Source: a virus
Virus record (IMG/VR): IMGVR_UViG_3300025146_000006
Length of the DNA stretch: 43,168 nucleotides
Direction: 5' to 3' (one strand)
Position numbers and translations under genes: made by a program. The first letter of the stretch is position 1. The number at the start of each line of letters is the position of its first letter. Under the pieces are notes generated by a model. The model was not told the origin of the DNA. It made no database searches and saw only the letters and a program-made list of their open reading frames with translations. Positions 22,860 to 31,983 of this stretch are shown here, one piece after another.

Positions 22860-24294
22860 CCCCTGGAACCCGACCGGCGAATCGTTCCTCCGCGCCGGCG
22901 ACGTCGTTCTGCGCGGCCGCTCGCTGAATCAGCAGTTCGAGCGCGCGCTGGCGCAGGAGCGGATCCAGCGTGAGCAGCAGGACCTCCTGCGGCGCCGGCT
23001 CGAGAGCGAGGAGGCGGCCCGCTTCATCACGCCCGAGCAGCTCCCGCCGGAGTACCGGACGCCGGGCATGGGGCGGATCCCGACGGCGACGTTCCCGCTC
23101 TGGAGCGAGAGCATCAAGACGGGGCGGGAGCGGGAGCGCGCGGGCGCCGCGGCCACCGAGATCGAGCGCTTCGGCACGACGCGCCGCGCAGTCCCGTTCG
23201 GCGACGTCGAGGGCGGCGCGTTCACGGGCCAGCCGACGCCGGGCGTGACGTCGATCGAGGAGTCGACGGACCCGCGCCTCCAGTTCCTCGCGCGGATGGT
23301 CCGGACGGGCACGGTGAAGCCTGAGGCGGCGATCGGGGACCTCATGAAGCCGGAAGAGGCGATGGCGCTCCCCGCCGGCTCGAAACTCGTCGGCAAGCGG
23401 ACGGGCCGGGAGCTGGCCTCGGGCGGGCCGAAGCTCAAGGTCGAGCTGCGCCCCGGCAAGGGCGACACCTTCGCGGTCATCACGGACGATGCCGGCAACA
23501 TCCTCGGCGAGCCGAAACCGCTCGGAATCGGCGCGACGGAGAGCAAGTCGGCCCTCACGCGCGAGGACATCGCCGGGGCCCTGGCCGAAGCCGGTTGGAC
23601 GCCCACCATGCCGGGGTACCGGAAGGCGTACCTGGACGTGGCCCGGCAGGTGAGCGTGCCGGGCGTGGGCGCCTTCGGGGCCGGCGCCTTTGTGGTCCCC
23701 GCGCCGAAGGCCGGGGCGCCGTCGGCGCCGAGGGCCGGCGGGCCGGGCGCGCCGAAGCCGCGCATCGAAGCGCCGCTCTCGCCGGAGGAGGCTGGGGCGC
23801 TCGGCGTGCCGTTCGGGACGCCGCGCAGCGCGGTGAAGGGCACGACGCCCCTGACCGCGGCGCAACGCACGAAGATGGACGCGCAGGCCGGCGTGCTCGG
23901 GATCATCGACACGATGGAGCGCGACCTCAAGGGCGTCTGGGCGCCGTCGGGCCCGCTCGAGCGCTTCAAGGCGATCCCCTCGCAGCTCTGGAAGATCTAC
24001 GGGCAAGCGGACCCACAACTCACGGCGCTCCACAGCCGCTTGGAGGGCACGCTGGCGCTGATCGTCCGGGCGCTCGGTGAAGTCGGCACGCTGAATGAGG
24101 GCGACATTAAGCGCGCCCGGGCGCTGCAGCCGACGTTCGCGCCGATCCCGGACACCGCGGAGGTCATCGTCGAGAAGATCCAGGGCCTGCGCGACCTCGT
24201 GCGTGAGGTTGCCTCGCGGACGGGGACGCGCCCGGAGGCGATGAAGGGCGGCGGGAAACCCTCCGGCGGCTGGACGATCGAGGTCACGAAGTAG
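22852..24294 (+). CDS. Putative internal virion protein
   Basis: 480 aa of mixed helical and Pro/Ala/Gly linker regions. It lies between the fibre and the lysis module. Confidence 0.5.
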   Translation: MADPWNPTGESFLRAGDVVLRGRSLNQQFERALAQERIQREQQDLLRRRLESEEAARFITPEQLPPEYRTPGMGRIPTATFPLWSESIKTGRERERAGAAATEIERFGTTRRAVPFGDVEGGAFTGQPTPGVTSIEESTDPRLQFLARMVRTGTVKPEAAIGDLMKPEEAMALPAGSKLVGKRTGRELASGGPKLKVELRPGKGDTFAVITDDAGNILGEPKPLGIGATESKSALTREDIAGALAEAGWTPTMPGYRKAYLDVARQVSVPGVGAFGAGAFVVPAPKAGAPSAPRAGGPGAPKPRIEAPLSPEEAGALGVPFGTPRSAVKGTTPLTAAQRTKMDAQAGVLGIIDTMERDLKGVWAPSGPLERFKAIPSQLWKIYGQADPQLTALHSRLEGTLALIVRALGEVGTLNEGDIKRARALQPTFAPIPDTAEVIVEKIQGLRDLVREVASRTGTRPEAMKGGGKPSGGWTIEVTK

Positions 24295-26088
24295 ATGCCC
24301 ACCTACCGCGTCACCGGCCCCGACGGCAAGGTGTACCGCGTCACGCCGCCCGCTGGCACGAATCCGACGCCGGACGAGGTGCTGGCGCGCGTGCGTTCAG
24401 AAGTTGAACGTGGAACACCCGCGGCGGCGCCGAGCGGCCCGGAGGACACGCCGTCCTTCCTGCGCCGCCTGGGCCAGGGCTACGAGACCGGCGCGCAGTG
24501 GCTCACCAGGCAGCTCGCGAAGGGGATCGAGACCGCCGCGGACACCGGGCTCTCGCCCGTGAGCCTCGGGCCGTTCAGCGAGACGGTCGCCGAGACCGTC
24601 ATCCCGCAGACGCCGCTCCAGGCCGGGATCATGGCCGGCACGGCGGCCGGCGGACCCCTCGTGAGCGGCGCCGCCAAGGTCGGCGTCCCGCTGGCCGGCA
24701 CGGTCTCGCCCTGGCTCGCGCGCATCCTCGGCGGCACCGCGGGCGGCGCGGCCGGCGGGGCCGTCGGCGAGGAGGGCGCGCTCACGGGCGCAGCGCTGGG
24801 GGCGGGGACGTCGGCGCTCGGCGAAGCTGGCGGGGCCGGGGCCAACAAGCTCCTGCGCTCCCTGCCCGGCATGAAGCGCGCGATCAACCTCCGGGACGTG
24901 CGGTCGGTCGGGGAGACGGTCGGGGAGATCGCGCCGCCGCTCCGGGGGGCGACGACGGTTGGGGGCGTGCGCGAGATGGCAGCGGGGGGCGGACTCGCGA
25001 ACCTCGGGCAGATGAAGGAATCGGCCGTCCGCCAGATTGAGCGCGTGATCGGACCGACAGCGCGCTTCGAGATGCTGTCGCTCGGCGGCTCAGCGATGAC
25101 ACTCCGCGAGGCGAACGACCGCCTGAGCGAGATCGGGGCTCGAGCGTTCAGCAGGAACCCGCTCGACCGCACCTTCCAGGGCATCGACCAGCGCCAACTC
25201 TACGGCGAAGTGGCGCGCGACATTCGCCGCGGGATCGCCCGGGCCGAGCGCGGCATGGCGGAAGGAATCGAAGCGACGGCCGCCGGCATGACGGAGCGCG
25301 CCGGCCGTCGGGCGCTGCCTCCCGGCGGCGGTCAGAGCGTCGCGGGCCCCGCGCGTCGCTTCGAGGCTGGCACGCTGCCGGAGGTTGGCGCCGTGATCCC
25401 GCGCGTGCCCGCCGTGCGGGAGACACCGCGAGAGGCCGTGGAGGCGACCCTCGAGGCAGCGGCCTCGCCCGCGCGCCAGCTCACGGCGCCCGCCGCGACC
25501 GCGCCGGCTCGCCCGCCGCTCGTGTTCGAGACGGCCGCCACCACAGCCCGCGAGATTCCGGGACCCCGACCGGGGGCTCGATTCGTCGGCCGCGGCGAAA
25601 CGCCAGCGGCGCGCGCGGCGGGTCCGGCGCGGCCCTCGCTGGCGCTCGCGCTCTGGGACCAGGCGCAGCAGACCTACGCGCGCGGCACGGCGCTCTCGCG
25701 TCTCCTCGGGCGCCCAGGCCTCATCGACGACAACGGGATGCTCCGCATGGAGGTGCTCCAGCGCGCCGTGAAGGACCCGAGGACGATGGCGTGGCTCCGG
25801 AACAAACTCGGGCCGGGGAATTTCGAGAAGCTCGCGCAGACCGTCACGCGCGGCGGCGGCGTCGGGGCCGTGGACAAGCCCGCCTGGGGGCGCGGCTCGA
25901 TGCTCGACGCTGCCCGGATGCTGTCGGAGATGAAAGGCGGCACGGGCGCGGTCCTCGGCGCGCTGCCCAAGACGCTCCTGCCGAACGTCGGCGCCCGGTA
26001 TGCGGGCACGCCGCCCTTCACGCGCCCGCGGTCGCTCCAGACCCTCCTCGACCTCGCGCTCGAGCGCGGCGCGCTGGCGGACCGCTGA
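24295..26088 (+). CDS. Putative internal virion / ejection protein
   Basis: 597 aa. The N-terminus (MPTYRVTGPDGKVYRVTPPAGTNPTPDEV) is a pattern I associate with podovirus internal proteins. A Gly/Ala-rich hydrophobic stretch follows. Confidence 0.5.
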   Translation: MPTYRVTGPDGKVYRVTPPAGTNPTPDEVLARVRSEVERGTPAAAPSGPEDTPSFLRRLGQGYETGAQWLTRQLAKGIETAADTGLSPVSLGPFSETVAETVIPQTPLQAGIMAGTAAGGPLVSGAAKVGVPLAGTVSPWLARILGGTAGGAAGGAVGEEGALTGAALGAGTSALGEAGGAGANKLLRSLPGMKRAINLRDVRSVGETVGEIAPPLRGATTVGGVREMAAGGGLANLGQMKESAVRQIERVIGPTARFEMLSLGGSAMTLREANDRLSEIGARAFSRNPLDRTFQGIDQRQLYGEVARDIRRGIARAERGMAEGIEATAAGMTERAGRRALPPGGGQSVAGPARRFEAGTLPEVGAVIPRVPAVRETPREAVEATLEAAASPARQLTAPAATAPARPPLVFETAATTAREIPGPRPGARFVGRGETPAARAAGPARPSLALALWDQAQQTYARGTALSRLLGRPGLIDDNGMLRMEVLQRAVKDPRTMAWLRNKLGPGNFEKLAQTVTRGGGVGAVDKPAWGRGSMLDAARMLSEMKGGTGAVLGALPKTLLPNVGARYAGTPPFTRPRSLQTLLDLALERGALADR

Positions 26089-26411
26089 TGGCCCGCACGC
26101 TCACGCGCCTGCACGACCTGGTGATCGCGAGCGGCGAGACCGCGAGCGCCGCGATCGACGTCCCCGACGGCGCGCACTCGCTCATGCTCTTCGGCCCCGC
26201 GGCGCTGACCGGGACGGTGACGGTCCAGGTCCAGCGCCCGAGCGAGGACGCCTACTGCGCGCTCCAGTCCGGAGGCTCGGACGTGACGCAGACGGCCGCC
26301 AGCAAGGCGACGAGCCTCTATCCGATCAACTTCAAGCGACTCCGCCTCGTGTCCGGGTCGGCCGAAGCCGCCGCCCGGACCTTCGAGGTGTGGGCCCGTT
26401 ACCCGGCCTGA
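26088..26411 (+). CDS. Small beta-rich hypothetical protein
   Basis: 107 aa with a 1-nt TGATG stop-start overlap (upstream stop TGA 26086-26088, ATG at 26088) and high GC3. Confidence 0.55.
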   Translation: MARTLTRLHDLVIASGETASAAIDVPDGAHSLMLFGPAALTGTVTVQVQRPSEDAYCALQSGGSDVTQTAASKATSLYPINFKRLRLVSGSAEAAARTFEVWARYPA

Positions 26412-26423
26412 GGGAGGCATGAC

Positions 26424-26756
26424 ATGGTGAAGCGGCGATGGCTGCACGAGCCGGCACTCGGGCGCGCGAGCCTGGCCGAATGGGGGCCGCTCGGCGCCGG
26501 GGACACGGGCGAGGTCTGCCTCACGACGGCCGGGCGCGCCGTGGCGCAGGCGTGGGGCACCTGGGCCGGGGCGCGGCTGCTGCTCCTCGGCGCCAACGTG
26601 AACGACCTGGCGCAGGCCGTGCCCGTGGCGACGCTCGCCCCGGGGACGCTCCACCGGCTGGCCGACGTGCCGGCCTACTGCTGGCCCGTCGTCAAGGACG
26701 GGGGCGCCGACACGCAGCTCACCGTCCGCGTGCTGTTCCGGGAGGCTCAGCCATGA
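26424..26756 (+). CDS. Small hypothetical protein
   Basis: 110 aa with an AGGGAGG RBS. Confidence 0.55.
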   Translation: MVKRRWLHEPALGRASLAEWGPLGAGDTGEVCLTTAGRAVAQAWGTWAGARLLLLGANVNDLAQAVPVATLAPGTLHRLADVPAYCWPVVKDGGADTQLTVRVLFREAQP

Positions 26757-27208
26757 AGCAGGAACGCCGCGCGGCGCTGCACCAGATCATCGAGGGCCTG
26801 GGCGGTCTCATCGAGTTGCGGGACATCTACGACGAGGCGATCGCGCTGGAGGCGGAGATCCGGAGCTTGACCGGCACCCGGGACGCGCTGCACGCCGCGG
26901 CCGAGCAGGCGCGGACGCAGGCGGCGGCCGAGCGGGCGCGGGCGGAGCTGTCGCGGCGGGAGGCTGACGGCGTGGTGGCCGAGAACCAGCGGCGGATGCG
27001 GGAGTCGGCCGAGGAGTTCGCCGCGCAGGAGGACCAGCAGGACGCGGCGCGCGCGCAGCACGCAGCACGCGAGACGGCCGGGCACGCCGAGACGGTGCGG
27101 CGACGGGTCCAGGAGCTGGCCACCCTCGACGCCGAGATCGCCGAGAAGACGGCGCTCCGGGACGCCGTGGCGGCGGACCTGGCCGCCACGCGCGCGCGGC
27201 TCGGCTGA
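26753..27208 (+). CDS. Coiled-coil protein
   Basis: 151 aa, rich in Ala, Glu and Arg with heptad-like repeats. There is an ATGA overlap. Confidence 0.55.
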   Translation: MKQERRAALHQIIEGLGGLIELRDIYDEAIALEAEIRSLTGTRDALHAAAEQARTQAAAERARAELSRREADGVVAENQRRMRESAEEFAAQEDQQDAARAQHAARETAGHAETVRRRVQELATLDAEIAEKTALRDAVAADLAATRARLG

Positions 27209-27241
27209 TGCCCCGCCTCCGGGCGGCGGTGGAGGCGTAGC

Positions 27242-27664
27242 GTGGCCCTGACACTCGCGGCCCTCAAGACCGAGCTGACGACCGACCCCAACGCCTACGG
27301 CTACGCGCCGCACGTCGCCAGCGGCAGCACCGGGGCGCTCGCGGCCCTGCTCAATGAGCCGCGCGCGACGATCAGCGTTCCGCGCGGGCTCGTCGGCACC
27401 TGGGAGATCATCGCCGCAACCGATGCCGCCGAGTACAACGGATTGTCTGCCACCGCGAAAGACATCTACAAAACGCTCGTCTCGGCGGGAACCGTCGACG
27501 TGGCCGACGCGCAGATCCAGGCGATCCTCAAGGCCCTCTTCCCGAACCCGTCCACGACGCGCACCAATCTGATCGCGCGCCTGACGCGCATCGGCTCCCG
27601 TGCCGAGCAGTTGTTCGGTGTGGGCGTCAGTCACTCCGACTGCGCGCAGGCGCTGGTGAGCTAA
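27242..27664 (+). CDS. Hypothetical fibre-module protein
   Basis: 140 aa. The GTG start has GGAGG upstream. The translation opens MALTLAALKTELTTDPNAYGYAPHVASGSTGALAALLNEP... Confidence 0.55.
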   Translation: MALTLAALKTELTTDPNAYGYAPHVASGSTGALAALLNEPRATISVPRGLVGTWEIIAATDAAEYNGLSATAKDIYKTLVSAGTVDVADAQIQAILKALFPNPSTTRTNLIARLTRIGSRAEQLFGVGVSHSDCAQALVS

Positions 27665-27667
27665 GCC

Positions 27668-28243
27668 ATGGCGAACAAGATCCTCCTCGACGAACAAAAT
27701 GGTACGCCGAAACAGATCTGTTTCCGCGACGTGACGGACTTCGGCCCCGCAGCCGCCAACGATCTGCGCGTCGGGACGCCAACACTCGTCCAGCTCGACA
27801 TGACCAGCGTGGCGGATGCCGCCTATCGTCAGTCCACGAAGGTGGATCTCGGCGCCGTCCGTGCCCCAGCCTATGCCGTGCGCGCCGCGCTGGAGTTTGC
27901 GGCCGGGGTCGTGGCGGGCGAGATCATGGACTTCTGGTGGGCGCCGTCCGGGTCCGCGACGGCGGGGACGGCGAACGCGGGCGGGGTGAGCGGCGCGGAC
28001 GGCGCCTACACCGGCTACTCGTCCAACGCCGCGGCGTCCGTGCGTCAGCTGGAGCACATCGGTGTCGGCGTGGTGACCGCGCAGGCGACGACCACGGTCC
28101 AGATCATCGAGGTGATCGGGCGCCTCTACCCGAGTGAGCGGTACGGCTCGCTGGTCGTGCTGAACGACAGCGGCGCGGCGATGCACTCGGACGCGGCGGA
28201 GATCCACGTCGTGCTCGACCCGATCTTTGAAGAGGTTCAGTAG
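27668..28243 (+). CDS. Beta-rich hypothetical protein
   Basis: 191 aa with non-repetitive composition. Confidence 0.55.
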   Translation: MANKILLDEQNGTPKQICFRDVTDFGPAAANDLRVGTPTLVQLDMTSVADAAYRQSTKVDLGAVRAPAYAVRAALEFAAGVVAGEIMDFWWAPSGSATAGTANAGGVSGADGAYTGYSSNAAASVRQLEHIGVGVVTAQATTTVQIIEVIGRLYPSERYGSLVVLNDSGAAMHSDAAEIHVVLDPIFEEVQ

Positions 28244-29073
28244 TGCGGCGCAGCGGACTCACCTGGGACGGCGACCCCCGCGTCAAGCCGCCGTTCGGGG
28301 CGGCGGAGATTAGAGAGGGGCATCCGCTGACCGAGGGGCTCATCGGGCTGTGGCTCTTCGACGAATCGGCGGGGCCGGTCTATGATGCCGTGCGGCGTCG
28401 TCGCGAGACTGTCATTAGCACGAGCGGATGGGTCATCAACGCGAACGGATTTGCCCTGACGGCGCGGACCGTGGGTGACGGCATCCAGTTGCCGGCGTCA
28501 TTCGAGGATCTGACCGCCAATTGGACGGTGCTGGCGCGCATCCGGCGCAATACCATACCTGGTGGGACTGCGGCGATCCCGATTTACTCGCGCTGGACGA
28601 ATACCACCACGCAACGACAATTCTACTTCTACTTCCGCCCGTCCGACGTTGCATCGCCTAACCAGTTGCAATTCGACATCCCGTGGATCGCCGCGATTCT
28701 AACGAGCAACACGGCGATCGCCGACACCACGACGGTTCATGCGGTCGGCGCCAGCCGGGCCGGCAATACGTGGACGGCGTGGCTCGACGGGCGATCGGAT
28801 GGCAGCGCCACAAACGCGACGGCCCAAGAATCGGCGCAGACCACGAGCCCGTGGTGGGGCTATGGCACGTTCGACAACACTTCGATGGCCGGAGACTTCA
28901 CGCAGACATTTGTGTGGCGTGTGGCGCAGCCCGCCAGTCATATGCTCTGGCTCCACACCGAGCCCTACGCCGTGCTCCGGCCCCGCGTCCCGCGGCGGTA
29001 CTTCGTGCCGGCGGGGGTGGGTCTCTCCATCCCCATCGTGTACCAACGACGACGACAGATGCAGATGGCCTAG
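28243..29073 (+). CDS. LamG / concanavalin-A-like lectin-fold protein
   Basis: 276 aa. GLIGLWLFDESAGPVYDAV...NGFALTA...GIQLP fits the Laminin_G_3 pattern. GC is visibly lower than in the flanking genes. Confidence 0.55.
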   Translation: MRRSGLTWDGDPRVKPPFGAAEIREGHPLTEGLIGLWLFDESAGPVYDAVRRRRETVISTSGWVINANGFALTARTVGDGIQLPASFEDLTANWTVLARIRRNTIPGGTAAIPIYSRWTNTTTQRQFYFYFRPSDVASPNQLQFDIPWIAAILTSNTAIADTTTVHAVGASRAGNTWTAWLDGRSDGSATNATAQESAQTTSPWWGYGTFDNTSMAGDFTQTFVWRVAQPASHMLWLHTEPYAVLRPRVPRRYFVPAGVGLSIPIVYQRRRQMQMA

Positions 29074-29922
29074 ATGGACGGCTGGCTCAAACAATCGACC
29101 GCAGTGACCCTCAAGATCGGCCCGTTTGTCGACTCGACGGATGGGAACACCGCCGAGACCGCGCTGACTATCGCGCAGGCCGACGTGCGTCTGTCCAAGA
29201 ACGGCGGCAACATCGCGCAGAAGACCGAGGCCACGTCCTGCACACACGACGAGCTGGGCATGTACGACTGCCCCGTCGATGCGACGGACACCGGCACGCT
29301 CGGGCGGCTTGATCTCGTGGTGGCCGAAACCGGCGCGCTCGTCGTCCGGCACACGTACATGGTGGTGCCGGCCAACGTGTGGGACTCGCTCTTCGGCGCG
29401 GATGCCTTGCAGGTGGACGTGGCGCAGTGGCTCGGAACAGCGGTGGCAACGCCCACCACGGTGGGCGTGCCCGAAGTGGACGTGACGCATGTCGCTGGGA
29501 GCGCCACTACGGCGACGCTGGACACGATCAAGACCGACACGGCGGCGATCCTCGTGGACACGGGGACGACGCTGGACGGGCGGATTCCTGCGGCCTTGGT
29601 CGGCGGACGAATGGACGCGGACATCGGCGCCAAGACGGGCAACGTCGCGCTGAGCACGCAGGAGAAGGCCGACGTGAACGCGGAGGTGGTCGACGCGCTC
29701 GCGACCGACACGTATGCCGAACCAGGGCAGGCGGCGCCCGCCGCGACCGCGTCACTCGCGGCAAAGATCGGCTACGTCTTCAAGGCATGGCGGAATCGCG
29801 TGACGCAGACGGCCACGCAGTATTCGCTCTATGGCGACGACGCCGCGACAGTGCATCAGAAGGCGACCGTGAGCGACGATGCCACCACGTTCGATAAGGG
29901 CGAAGTCGGCACGGGGCCGTGA
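29074..29922 (+). CDS. Fibre-like protein
   Basis: 282 aa: MDGWLKQSTAVTLKIGPFVDSTDGNTAETALTIAQADVRLSKNGG..., rich in Thr, Ala, Asp and Val. Confidence 0.5.
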   Translation: MDGWLKQSTAVTLKIGPFVDSTDGNTAETALTIAQADVRLSKNGGNIAQKTEATSCTHDELGMYDCPVDATDTGTLGRLDLVVAETGALVVRHTYMVVPANVWDSLFGADALQVDVAQWLGTAVATPTTVGVPEVDVTHVAGSATTATLDTIKTDTAAILVDTGTTLDGRIPAALVGGRMDADIGAKTGNVALSTQEKADVNAEVVDALATDTYAEPGQAAPAATASLAAKIGYVFKAWRNRVTQTATQYSLYGDDAATVHQKATVSDDATTFDKGEVGTGP

Positions 29923-29938
29923 TGAACGCGCCATTGCT

Positions 29939-30151
29939 ATGAATCTCGACACGAGAGAGAAGCGCGCCTCGGGCGTTCACGTCGGCCTGGCGTGGCGCGG
30001 CCTGCTCCCGCTGCCCGATGGCACGCTCGACCAGGCGGATCGGCAGCAGACGGCGGCGTTCTATGCCGGGATCGCGGCGGCGGCGGTCACCGCGATTACC
30101 GGCCGCCTCACGCGCCCCGCCTCCCTGACCGTCACCACGGCGGTGACGTAG
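29939..30151 (+). CDS. Small hypothetical protein
   Basis: 70 aa. The internal ATG at 29939 is in the frame of ORF 29879-30151. Confidence 0.4.
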   Translation: MNLDTREKRASGVHVGLAWRGLLPLPDGTLDQADRQQTAAFYAGIAAAAVTAITGRLTRPASLTVTTAVT

Positions 30152-30243
30152 TGGACCCCTACCTCGGGCTCGGGCTCATCGGGCTCATCCTCGTCACGTA
30201 CTACCTCTGGCGGACCAAGCCCCCCGGAGACTGGCTCGAATGA
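30151..30243 (+). CDS. 30-aa single-TM peptide, a candidate holin or antiholin
   Basis: VDPYLGLGLIGLILVTYYLWRTKPPGDWLE. The GTG overlaps the upstream TAG. Confidence 0.4.
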   Translation: MDPYLGLGLIGLILVTYYLWRTKPPGDWLE

Positions 30244-30491
30244 GCGAACAGGACCTCGGCGAGCTGCGGGCGGAGCTGCGGGCCCTCCTGCGGATGGTGG
30301 AGCAGCACCACGAGGACGAGATCCGCTGGCGACAGGACTTGACCGCGAAGCTGAAGGACTACTCCGGCCGGGTGCGCGTCCTGGAGCGCTGGCGCGACGC
30401 GATGGTGGGCGGCGCGGTCGTGCTCGGGGTCGTCTGGGGCGCGATCAAGGCGGGCGCGGGCCTCCTCGCCGCCTTCGTGACCGGCCGATGA
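30240..30491 (+). CDS. C-terminally TM-anchored coiled-coil protein in the lysis cassette
   Basis: 83 aa. The C-terminal segment is GGAVVLGVVWGAIKAGAGLLAAFV. There is an ATGA overlap. Confidence 0.5.
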   Translation: MSEQDLGELRAELRALLRMVEQHHEDEIRWRQDLTAKLKDYSGRVRVLERWRDAMVGGAVVLGVVWGAIKAGAGLLAAFVTGR

Positions 30492-30688
30492 CGCTCTGGG
30501 TCTTCGTGCTGATCCTCCACCTGACCAGCTTCGGCGGGAAGGTGACGACGACGGTGGAGGCGCAGACCTACGAGGGGTGCACGCGGCTCCGCAACCTCGT
30601 GATCGACAAGCTCGGCGGTGACGTGGCGAACATCAACGGCTCGATCTCCGCCTGCACGGCCGTGGTGCCGCCGAAGAGTGCGCCGTGA
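30488..30688 (+). CDS. Small protein with an N-terminal TM or signal segment
   Basis: 66 aa: MTLWVFVLILHLTSFGG... Confidence 0.5.
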   Translation: MTLWVFVLILHLTSFGGKVTTTVEAQTYEGCTRLRNLVIDKLGGDVANINGSISACTAVVPPKSAP

Positions 30689-31155
30689 AGCTCCTCGCCC
30701 GCCTGCCGCTCGATCGGGAAGCCGAGGGAGAGTTCCAGGTCCTCGCCGACACCGGCGTGCTGCTCGGCCCCGTCCGCTGTCGCGGGGAGGCCGACAACGC
30801 TGGCGCGCTCACGCACGGCAACGTCCAGGAGGACCCGACCAAGAGCCACGGTGACCACCCCTACGGCGTCTACCGCTGCAGGACGCTCGTGCGCGACCCG
30901 CACCCGGCGCGCTCCTACGGGCCCTTCTTTCTGTCGCTGGCGCCTGTCGGCGGCGAGGCGCTGGTGGCGTGGCAGAACGGGCGCCGGGGGCTGGGCATCC
31001 ACGGAGGGGACCTCGGCGCGGGGTCGACGCTCCGGGCGACCTATGGCTGTCTACGCCTGGACAACGAGACGATGGAGACGCTCGCTCGGCTCGTGGCGCC
31101 ACGCCTCGATGCGGGCGAGGATCTCGTCTACGAGTGCCGCCCCTGGACCCCGTGA
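30685..31155 (+). CDS. YkuD / L,D-transpeptidase-fold (Tlde1/DUF2778-like) peptidoglycan enzyme, the putative endolysin
   Basis: 156 aa. GLGIHGGDLGAGSTLRATYGCLRLDN matches the H-x(n)-S/T-x-G-C-[IL]-R catalytic signature. It is flanked by small TM and lipobox proteins. Confidence 0.65.
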   Translation: MKLLARLPLDREAEGEFQVLADTGVLLGPVRCRGEADNAGALTHGNVQEDPTKSHGDHPYGVYRCRTLVRDPHPARSYGPFFLSLAPVGGEALVAWQNGRRGLGIHGGDLGAGSTLRATYGCLRLDNETMETLARLVAPRLDAGEDLVYECRPWTP

Positions 31156-31170
31156 ACTGGAGGGCATGAC

Positions 31171-31383
31171 ATGGACCCGACCGGCCGCGTCGACAAGCTG
31201 AATCAGGCCGTGCGCGGCGTCGTCACGCTCGCGCTCACGGGCGGGTTCCTCTACGGCTTCTGGGCCGAGCTGATCGGCGCCGAGGCGTACATCGGCATCT
31301 TCGGCGGGATCATCGGGTTCTGGTTCGCCAACTTCCGATCGGCGCAGCGCGCGACGGATACGACGAACGGAGGGAGGACGTGA
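31171..31383 (+). CDS. Two-TM holin-like protein
   Basis: 70 aa. The hydrophobic segments are VVTLALTGGFLYGFW and IGIFGGIIGFWFANF. Confidence 0.55.
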   Translation: MDPTGRVDKLNQAVRGVVTLALTGGFLYGFWAELIGAEAYIGIFGGIIGFWFANFRSAQRATDTTNGGRT

Positions 31384-31634
31384 TGGGCGTCACGACAGGA
31401 CTCGTTCTGCTCTCCGCCCTCGCGCTGACGGCCTGTACCTCGGCCCTGGCCGGCATGACGCCGGAGCAGCTCGCGGCGCTCGCCAAGCAGAAGGACGCGA
31501 GTGTGACGTGCTTCTCGGGCGTGTACGCCGGCGCCAAGGTGAACATGCTGTTCCTGAACGCCGACAAGGGCGTGCCGGCCGGCGTGCAGATCGACGACGG
31601 CTGCAAGGCGAGCTTCGACACCAAGCCGAAGTAA
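31380..31634 (+). CDS. Lipoprotein, a candidate o-spanin
   Basis: 84 aa with the lipobox LALTAC. It is the last gene of the late block. Confidence 0.55.
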   Translation: MMGVTTGLVLLSALALTACTSALAGMTPEQLAALAKQKDASVTCFSGVYAGAKVNMLFLNADKGVPAGVQIDDGCKASFDTKPK

Positions 31635-31794
31635 CGTCCCGCCTCGTGCCAGCCTGACCCGTCGTGCCACCTCGCCGCCAAGACTTGTCAGTGGTCGGAG
31701 ACTGTGCAGCGCGGAAGTGGGCGAGAATGCTCATGCGCGAATGTTACAAGAGGCTGTCCGGTAAGCTTGGCACCCTCTTGCAGGGAATGAGGGC

Positions 31795-31983
31795 ATGACG
31801 TACAGACCGGCCGCCTCCTGGCCCACGCGCGAGGACATCGACCGCATCCGCGCCGACTACGAGACCTACTGCGCGGCGCCGGACTACACGGGCGCCGTCC
31901 AGCTCGCGGGTCAGCTCGAGACCGTGCTGCGGCGCGTCGAGTGGCTGGAAATGCTGCTGCTGAGAAAAGGAGTGACCTCATGA
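31795..31983 (+). CDS. Small hypothetical early protein
   Basis: 62 aa. It is the first ORF after the 160-bp intergenic region. Confidence 0.5.
   Translation: MTYRPAASWPTREDIDRIRADYETYCAAPDYTGAVQLAGQLETVLRRVEWLEMLLLRKGVTS

Noticed and set aside
31768-31782. A sigma54-type promoter, TGGCAC-CCTC-TTGCA, just upstream of the first early gene.
   Set aside because: The GG and GC elements are separated by 9 nt rather than the invariant 10 nt of the TGGCACG-N4-TTGC consensus. Sigma54 promoters tolerate spacing changes poorly, and no activator gene is present.
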